A stretch of 63,329 nucleotides of DNA, counting the filler, from Perkinsus chesapeaki ATCC PRA-425 (Eukaryota; Protista; Perkinsozoa): NCBI GenBank assembly GCA_013115145.1. It is 8 parts of 8 records of this genome, joined end to end, with 100 filler letters (N's around TTAATTAATTAA, not from the genome) between each part and the next. Parts side by side here need not be neighbours in the genome. Positions count along the whole stretch, not along the records: positions 54,918 to 58,570 come from JAAPAO010001372.1; positions 58,671 to 60,394 come from JAAPAO010001811.1; positions 60,495 to 61,870 come from JAAPAO010002003.1; positions 61,971 to 63,329 come from JAAPAO010002018.1; 4 more parts are not named here. One strand, given 5' to 3'. The position numbers and the translations under genes were made by a program. The notes beneath the pieces were generated by a model. It was not told where the DNA came from and searched no databases. It saw nothing but the letters and a program-made list of their open reading frames with translations. The number at the start of each line of letters is the position of its first letter. Within the stretch, counting starts at the first letter, position 1. Shown piece by piece: positions 57,600-63,329 of this stretch.

Positions 57600-58570
57600 T
57601 GGCATGGCGCACTTCCAATAACCTAATATCGCCCCCACAAAAACCAATTTTACAACTTCTTTATAACTTGTTTTTCCTCAATAATCAAACTCCAACATTG
57701 GAGGATTTCTGTACATCCGCAACTCCCGACTCCCGTTCGTTTCATCACACAACCCGCCGCTGTCCCCCTCCTGACCCGTCACTACCTCACATGGCCCTCA
57801 TCGTGCTCGAGTGCCAAACAGTAGTACTTCCGCGCATCGTCATTTCTGATGGGAAAAGTCACGAGCGTCTTACCAAAAAGCGGCGGCCTACTCTCCAGCG
57901 CTCGCCAGCAACTCGGCATAAGTAATGATATTGTAGAGGCTGTGAGGCATCGCCAATAGGACCTACCGAAACAGTGACGATTCTCGCCCAAAGCACGAGC
58001 TACCTCCTCAAAGCAGAAGGCAGCCTGTTGCATCTGACCCTGAGACGCATAAGCCATAGTGAGCTCCTGCCAGACTTCCGTGTCGGTCTGGAAGTTTGCC
58101 ATATCCTTCGAAAGCTCCTCGACACCAGCGGCAGAGCAGGACTGTGAAATGCCATGGAAAAGAATATCAAGTTTGTTCAGTAGTACCCCAGCCTCGCCTA
58201 GCTTAGCGGCCAGCTTGCGCTTCTCGGTAACCATATCGTCGCTCGCCTGTTCCATTATTCCGCCGTACTCTTCCACGGCACCGTCGTAATCCCCACGAGC
58301 CTCGTTACATTGCCCAACCTGCAAGTGCCCTTAACCCGCCCTAACGGAGAGGCTGCTCCTACTAAACGTTGGACTCTATGAGAATTAGGGAAGCGCTTCT
58401 TCAAAGCCTTCAAGCAGTAGGCGCTCCAGTTGTCCGCCCCAGCTTGAAGGGACGCTAGTAGCACTTGTTCGAGGATCTGTGCTGGAGATAAAGCCTTGAA
58501 AAAACAGAGTCCTACCGGCCATTTTTCATCGCCCAACTTGCCAGAGTATTTGGTTAGTAACACCGAGCCG
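57600..58570 (-). CDS. EMC2: ER membrane complex subunit 2 (TTC35), 5' end cut by gap, 3' end approximate
   Basis: EQVLLASL...LKKRFPNSHRVQRL; WQEL...AAFCFEEV; ARKYYCLAL. Confidence 0.88.
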
Positions 58571-58670
58571 NNNNNNNNNNNNNNNNNNNNNNNNNNNNNN
58601 NNNNNNNNNNNNNNTTAATTAATTAANNNNNNNNNNNNNNNNNNNNNNNNNNNNNNNNNNNNNNNNNNNN
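58571..58670. other. Assembly linker
   Basis: TTAATTAATTAA at 58615-58626. Confidence 0.98.
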
Positions 58671-59515
58671 ATCGTGATGCTTGTCAACTTGGTTGTCTTG
58701 AACACGGTGTGCTGGGGTTATTGGTGGTTGCTCGGTTTCTGGTAAAAGACAGCATGTTTCAGCTTTCTTTAGCGGAAGTACGATGAAGCTCGATGATATA
58801 TCAATCTGGTACTATTAAGGTATGATATTTAATTACTGTTTATTGTTTTGCCGACTGTGTATCGTTCCTGGTTGTAGAAATCGTTCGTTCTCAGTTTGGT
58901 TATCTACGCTCCTGGTTTAACCTCGCTACGTAGTGTACGATGCTATTTTAAGTATTGATTCAATGGTTTCACTGTATCGGTACAATCGCTATTGGTTTCT
59001 GTACGAACAACCTCATTTTGTTGTCGCTCATGCGCAACTACTATGTAAAGAAGTAACCCTAAAGTTCTTCTAAACGTTCACTCGAATCGTTATAGGCGCT
59101 AGAAATGCCTCTACTTCGATCGTAACTTTCATCTGTTTCATCTTACAAGTGTTTTTCCGAGGGAGTGAGCTTTTGTTGTTGAGTTGTGTAAACAGTGGAG
59201 ATTGTCGAAGTTAATGATGCTGGGTTGTGCTTTCCTTGGAAATGCTTGTGACAGTAATGGTGTGACGTAGATCCAGTGGATCTGACATCGTATGCTTTAA
59301 AGCATCTACGTCGCAACCGCAGCTGACATTTTTTGGCTGAGGGTCAAACGTGAGGTTCGGTGGCCGGTTGGTTAGTGTTATTGGCTCTCTTGCGGCAAGT
59401 CGCGTGTTCGTTCCGTGGCTGGTCAATTTTTACAATTTCCTTCGTTAAATTAAGGCGAGCGAGGTAATTTCAAGGCGTGAGGTGACCTCGCTGAGATCTT
59501 GTAGTGGTGACACGC

Positions 59516-59843
59516 TGTGCTGCCCATGAACGTTGTCACTCCTAGAGACAATAATAGAGTTTTGTTGATTCGTTACGACAATGCTAGTTGTTGTATCTTA
59601 GTTTCATTTTTCCACCGACTATTGTTGATAGTAGTTCAGTTAGCCGTCCGCGTACTAGGAGCGCAACAGGCCGTATTTAGACGAGTATAATTGTGTACAT
59701 ACGTACAACTGTGGGAGTAATCGCTCACGCTACAATGATAAGCGCACTCCATCTTAATCGATACTCATCAGACAAGAGAATTAGGCTGACATTGTGGCAC
59801 ACAACGTGCCTACATCTAGTGGCGCACAAAGCAGCCCTGCACA
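59516..59843 (-). mobile_element. Candidate 3' LTR (TGTGC...GCACA) of the adjacent minus-strand element
   Basis: Preceded on the minus strand by purine tract AAGGGGGGCGAA; 5-bp inverted ends. Confidence 0.5.
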
Positions 59844-59948
59844 GCATTCGCCCCCCTTGCCACAATGGGCATTAAACAGTAATATTGGAGAACTAATGGG
59901 GGCTACAACAAAGGTTCAAGAATCATAAGATAGCCACACGATGTCATA

Positions 59949-60394
59949 TCAGTCTTGCCTGCCAATTCTGCGGAGGGCTCGCCGCAGATCCATGACATCT
60001 AATTCACCGGGGCGACAAATCGACAACCTTGATACGTGTAGTATCCGGGTGTCACCATCACTAGCCACCTTAACTTTCCGGTATAGCCCGTAGTCACCAT
60101 CGGAATCTTTCGTCACCAAGCCATGCTTATTACTAAGGAATCCAATGACTCTCCATCTACGCTCGCTATATGGCGTCTCATTAGTCTTAGACAATTGATG
60201 ATCATACTTGGTCATATCACGGATCCTTACTATAGCGCCTGGATATAGCTGATGCTTGGTGGCCTCTACCAGCTTGGTCTCAGCGTCCTTAACAGACTTA
60301 TCTACCAGCCTTTTCCATTCAGGGCCTCAACATTTAGATGTAACATATCATTAGGGATTCGTCCTGTTGTTGAATGGACCGAGCCATTATAGGC
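59949..60394 (-). mobile_element. Retroviral-type integrase C-terminal relic
   Basis: AYNGSVHSTTGRIP, PGAIVRI, WRVI and HVSRL; one frameshift. Confidence 0.72.
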
Positions 60395-60494
60395 NNNNNN
60401 NNNNNNNNNNNNNNNNNNNNNNNNNNNNNNNNNNNNNNTTAATTAATTAANNNNNNNNNNNNNNNNNNNNNNNNNNNNNNNNNNNNNNNNNNNN
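60395..60494. other. Assembly linker
   Basis: TTAATTAATTAA at 60439-60450. Confidence 0.98.
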
Positions 60495-60644
60495 ATGTAG
60501 CCGTTGCTTCCTAACCTTAATGCTCCTCGCCTCTTAGAGGCTTTACCGAGAAGGAAGCGCGTCTTGACAACACTTTTGTTCTTCATAACGGCATGTTAGT
60601 CGTCAAGAAAAACGTGTAAAACAGCGTTTCTGCTATAATTCACG

Positions 60645-60666
60645 TTAGCTCAGAGCAAATTGCTCT
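60645..60666. mobile_element. Hairpin-type excision footprint, inferred TSD TTTGCTCT
   Basis: TTAGCTC (1 mismatch) + AGAGCAAA + TTGCTCT. Confidence 0.68.
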
Positions 60667-60877
60667 ACGACCAAATACATACTCAACTTTTCTCATTTTT
60701 CTCTGCCAACAACATACATACTGGGCTAGCTGTGCTACCAACTCATCCACTACCGACTCGGACAGTACTATCAATTAGTCTACTTTTACTCCCGCTCATA
60801 TTCCTCGCGCGCATTTCGCGCTATAATGTAACTTGTATAATGCTCGATGTAACTCGCTTGGACAGCGCTATTATATA

Positions 60878-60995
60878 CGAAAACAGCAGAGGATTAAAGA
60901 ACACTTGGAAATTCCAAGTGCTCTTTAATCCTCTGCCGTTTCCGAGTTCGCCGCGATTATGTATTCCAAGTTGGAATACATAATCGCGGCGAACT
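60878..60995. mobile_element. Twin long palindromes forming a double-hairpin excision footprint, inferred TSD CTTGGAAT
   Basis: Arms 60886-60910 and 60912-60936 (24/25, extending to 30/33); arms 60945-60969 and 60971-60995 (25/25). Confidence 0.92.
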
Positions 60996-61099
60996 TTGGG
61001 TAAAATAGCAGTCGTGGTTACATAAGAGCACATGCATTTTTTGATAAGAGCGTAGCTGCTCTTTTGACAGCACGGTATATTTTATTAGCCTATCTGCCG

Positions 61100-61137
61100 T
61101 ATCTAGGCTAGATAATCTAGATCAGCTAGACTAGCTG
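61100..61137. mobile_element. Two nested excision footprints, inferred TSDs TATCTAGC and TCTAGCTG
   Basis: TATCTAG + GCTAGATA + ATCTAG + AT + CAGCTAGA + CTAGCTG. Confidence 0.72.
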
Positions 61138-61446
61138 GAGCAGTATAGGCCCATCTACATCGCTGAAATGGTAGTTCGTGTCCGTGCTACGGACGCGGAA
61201 CTCCGTGGTTTCCACTGGACGCCGTCCAGGAAAGGGAGAGGGGCAGAGGGCTGCTACAACGTCGTCGGCAGTGGAGTCGTAACTAACCTGGGACGTGCCT
61301 GACCGGTTGGTCGCCCCACTCGATGAAGAGCTGCCCACAGTCTGTGGGCCACAGAGGAGTTTACCGATGAGGAACTAGATAAGCTGTTCGAGCTATATAA
61401 AATTGGAGAAAATTGGTCAACCAATGCCGACGTAGCACACTATCAG
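61131..61446 (+). pseudogene. Disrupted exon of an unknown gene
   Basis: Removing a TAAC duplication (~61280) and the 14-bp footprint gives one frame LEQYRPIYIAEM...DEELPTEEFTDEELDKLFELY...HYQ ending at a GT. Confidence 0.62.
61334..61355. mobile_element. Perfect 22-bp excision footprint, inferred TSD CCCACAGA
   Basis: CCCACAG + TCTGTGGG + CCACAGA. Confidence 0.9.
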
Positions 61447-61466
61447 GTACCGCATCCACTGGCATC

Positions 61467-61503
61467 ATTGTGCGCTGAGCCTCAGCGCACAATCACGCTG
61501 AGG
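61467..61503. mobile_element. One-sided excision footprint, TSD CGCTGAGG
   Basis: ATTGTGCGCTGAG-C-CTCAGCGCACAAT, then CA, then an intact CGCTGAGG. Confidence 0.82.
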
Positions 61504-61870
61504 CAATGCGCTAAGCCTCAGCCGCCTAGGTGAAATTGTGTGCTCGGGCATTAGTCTTCGGGTGCGGTGCGTATCCTGCAATGCCGGGCCGGCATACATA
61601 TCACCGAGCGAAAGGGTCTCTATGAAGTGGTACTGGTCCTCAGCAGCAATAAAAAGGATTCATTGTTTAATAATGGAAAGAGACTCACCAGCCCTCTGAA
61701 GCGACATAATTCATCTCCTATTAGATAGTTGTGTCTCCAGGCAATATATGATGTATAATGTATAATGTAGTGAAAACCGACATTCTAATAACCGAATTTA
61801 TTATAACTAGTATGCTTGACACGTGAGAGGTTCGATGGGTAACCCAACACCCACGGCAAAACCGTTTTGT

Positions 61871-61970
61871 NNNNNNNNNNNNNNNNNNNNNNNNNNNNNN
61901 NNNNNNNNNNNNNNTTAATTAATTAANNNNNNNNNNNNNNNNNNNNNNNNNNNNNNNNNNNNNNNNNNNN
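61871..61970. other. Assembly linker
   Basis: TTAATTAATTAA at 61915-61926. Confidence 0.98.
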
Positions 61971-63257
61971 GGCTTCAGAGAAACCGGCTGTAGAAGAGTT
62001 GGCGCCCTTGACACCGTCGCCCATAACCAGTAGGACATATGGCTGAGATTTAGCCCAACTAACCGCTTCAGCGTGGGCCGCTCTCTGCCGATTGTCGTTA
62101 GTGGAGAGCCTCTGATCAGATGCCTGCCAAACCTTGTCGCGGATATCAGAGCGACGCGGAGCATTAACGCTTGCTACACAGGTATCTGCACAGCATACAT
62201 CTGATAGGAGACTTAAAATTGTGACGGTGTCAGAGCTACCATCAAAGGGTAACCTAAGTTGCCAATCCAAGTGGTGCCTCTCGGGGTGTTGTTGACGGGC
62301 CGAAGAAATGACGTCCCGAACTAGCTGTACCTTCAAGTCTCGCGGTACAGGCTTCAGCACGGAGTCGATGAAGTGAGTGTTTTGGTCAAAACATTGGCAC
62401 GCACCCGTATCAGAAGTTGTGGTACACTTATGGTCAGTACTGAGATGAAGAGTGCGGATATCTCTAAGCTGGTCGATGTACTGGTCTATGTTGGCTGCGC
62501 CAGGAAAGGTAAGCTTAGCCACACGCTTCTTCACCTCATTACGGACCGCTTGAGCAGAGCAGAACTTGTCCAGGAGGATGCCCTTCAGTGAAGCCCAGTT
62601 ATGGCCGACTGTTGGTGAGTCGATGTGTCTGGCGGCCTCGTTGACGATGGTAGAGAGAGGTGATAATGTCTCTAAAAACTTCTCTATGACAGGAACTTTG
62701 ATAGAATCATATGGACAAAAACGTCCATCCTCACCCTTCTCTCCGAAGTTGGCTGCCAAAAACAAAGCTTCCATCCTTCGATAATGTATCGCAAGCAGTG
62801 ATGCATCATTGAGAGTTCGTGATGAGACTGAAAGCTCTGTCACATCACTCATTTTTGTAGGAGTGGAAGTCGACGGGCCATTAGATGTTGCTTTTGCCAG
62901 AGCATCGGCAAAAACAGTAGCCAAAGAAGTGACAGAGTCATTATAGGCAACCAGTGGTAGATCAGTAGGAGCTTGAGAGTTAGCTTGATGAGATGAATCG
63001 CTAAGTAGACAATCAATCTTCGAGGAACATGTACCAATGAGATCTCGATAATGTGCAATCTCAGTCTCCAGTGTACTCTCACGTTCTTGAAGTTCTAAAA
63101 AACGCTCGTTGTCGTCCTCGTCGTAGGCCTTGTCCAGTTCAGTGCGGACCTTGGCAAGTTCTTGGACCTTCTTAGTCCTTTGAGTTCGGCAAGTGCCGCG
63201 AAGCTTCGTGAGCTCGGACTGGGTGTCGGCGTTGTTGATATCAGCAGCTGTCACCAT
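61971..63257 (-). mobile_element. Gag-like ORF of an LTR retrotransposon, uninterrupted, cut by contig end
   Basis: Intronless >420 aa; N-terminal coiled coil; NWASLKGILLDKF and YIDQLR resemble retrotransposon capsid motifs. Confidence 0.62.
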
Positions 63258-63329
63258 GTTTAGTCTTCTTATGAGTATAGACTAAAGAACACAATAACCA
63301 CCAAACTAGTATATAATCAAATATACGAT

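Noticed and set aside
60886-60995. Protelomerase/resolvase site or shRNA-like precursor
   Set aside because: The two arms are unrelated except for the core, and the 8-bp TSD reconstruction explains both centres exactly. No recombinase or expression evidence is visible.
61126-61338. Second myristoylated MGSSSS protein
   Set aside because: The start codon is GTG, not ATG, and the ORF is antisense to the reconstructed plus-strand exon.
21355-61970. Functional clustering across gaps, and ORFs containing X residues
   Set aside because: The TTAATTAATTAA linkers are artificial; order and distance between contigs are unknown.

Overview
Eukaryotic, intron-rich DNA. Gene content and 40-60 nt GT-AG introns suggest a Perkinsus-like alveolate (inference). 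The window is at least 8 contigs joined by 7 linkers of 44 N + TTAATTAATTAA + 44 N, so adjacency across gaps is not evidence. Positions 1-50 kb are mostly housekeeping genes: tandem uridine phosphorylases, Sfp-type PPTase, ankyrin protein, tandem LPCAT-like acyltransferases, PLU-1/PHD protein, PP1 inhibitor-3, GH20 hexosaminidase, tandem Mpv17, LRRC40-like, RFC4, SERF-C2H2, TPR protein, Alba, Mei2-like, SulP-STAS and GPD1. Positions 50-63 kb are mostly retroelement and pseudogene debris plus EMC2. The main unexplained signal is a series of palindromes centred on ONE unpaired base. If that base is read as the complement of a lost flanking base, both sides reconstruct the same 8-bp target-site duplication (CTTGGAAT, GATATGAG, CCCACAGA, CGCTGAGG, TATCTAGC, GGAAGTAT, TTTGCTCT). 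This matches hairpin-type (hAT-like) transposon excision footprints, here with very long palindromic arms (up to 25-33 nt). The footprints cluster on one 1.4-kb contig, and two of them break reading frames. Other notable items: antisense tRNA-3'-half relics, minisatellite-filled Alba introns, a GKG/Tyr Alba tail in place of RGG, an IQ-like motif on SulP, and a 15-bp periodic array. Exon boundaries were read by eye; several gene ends are approximate.
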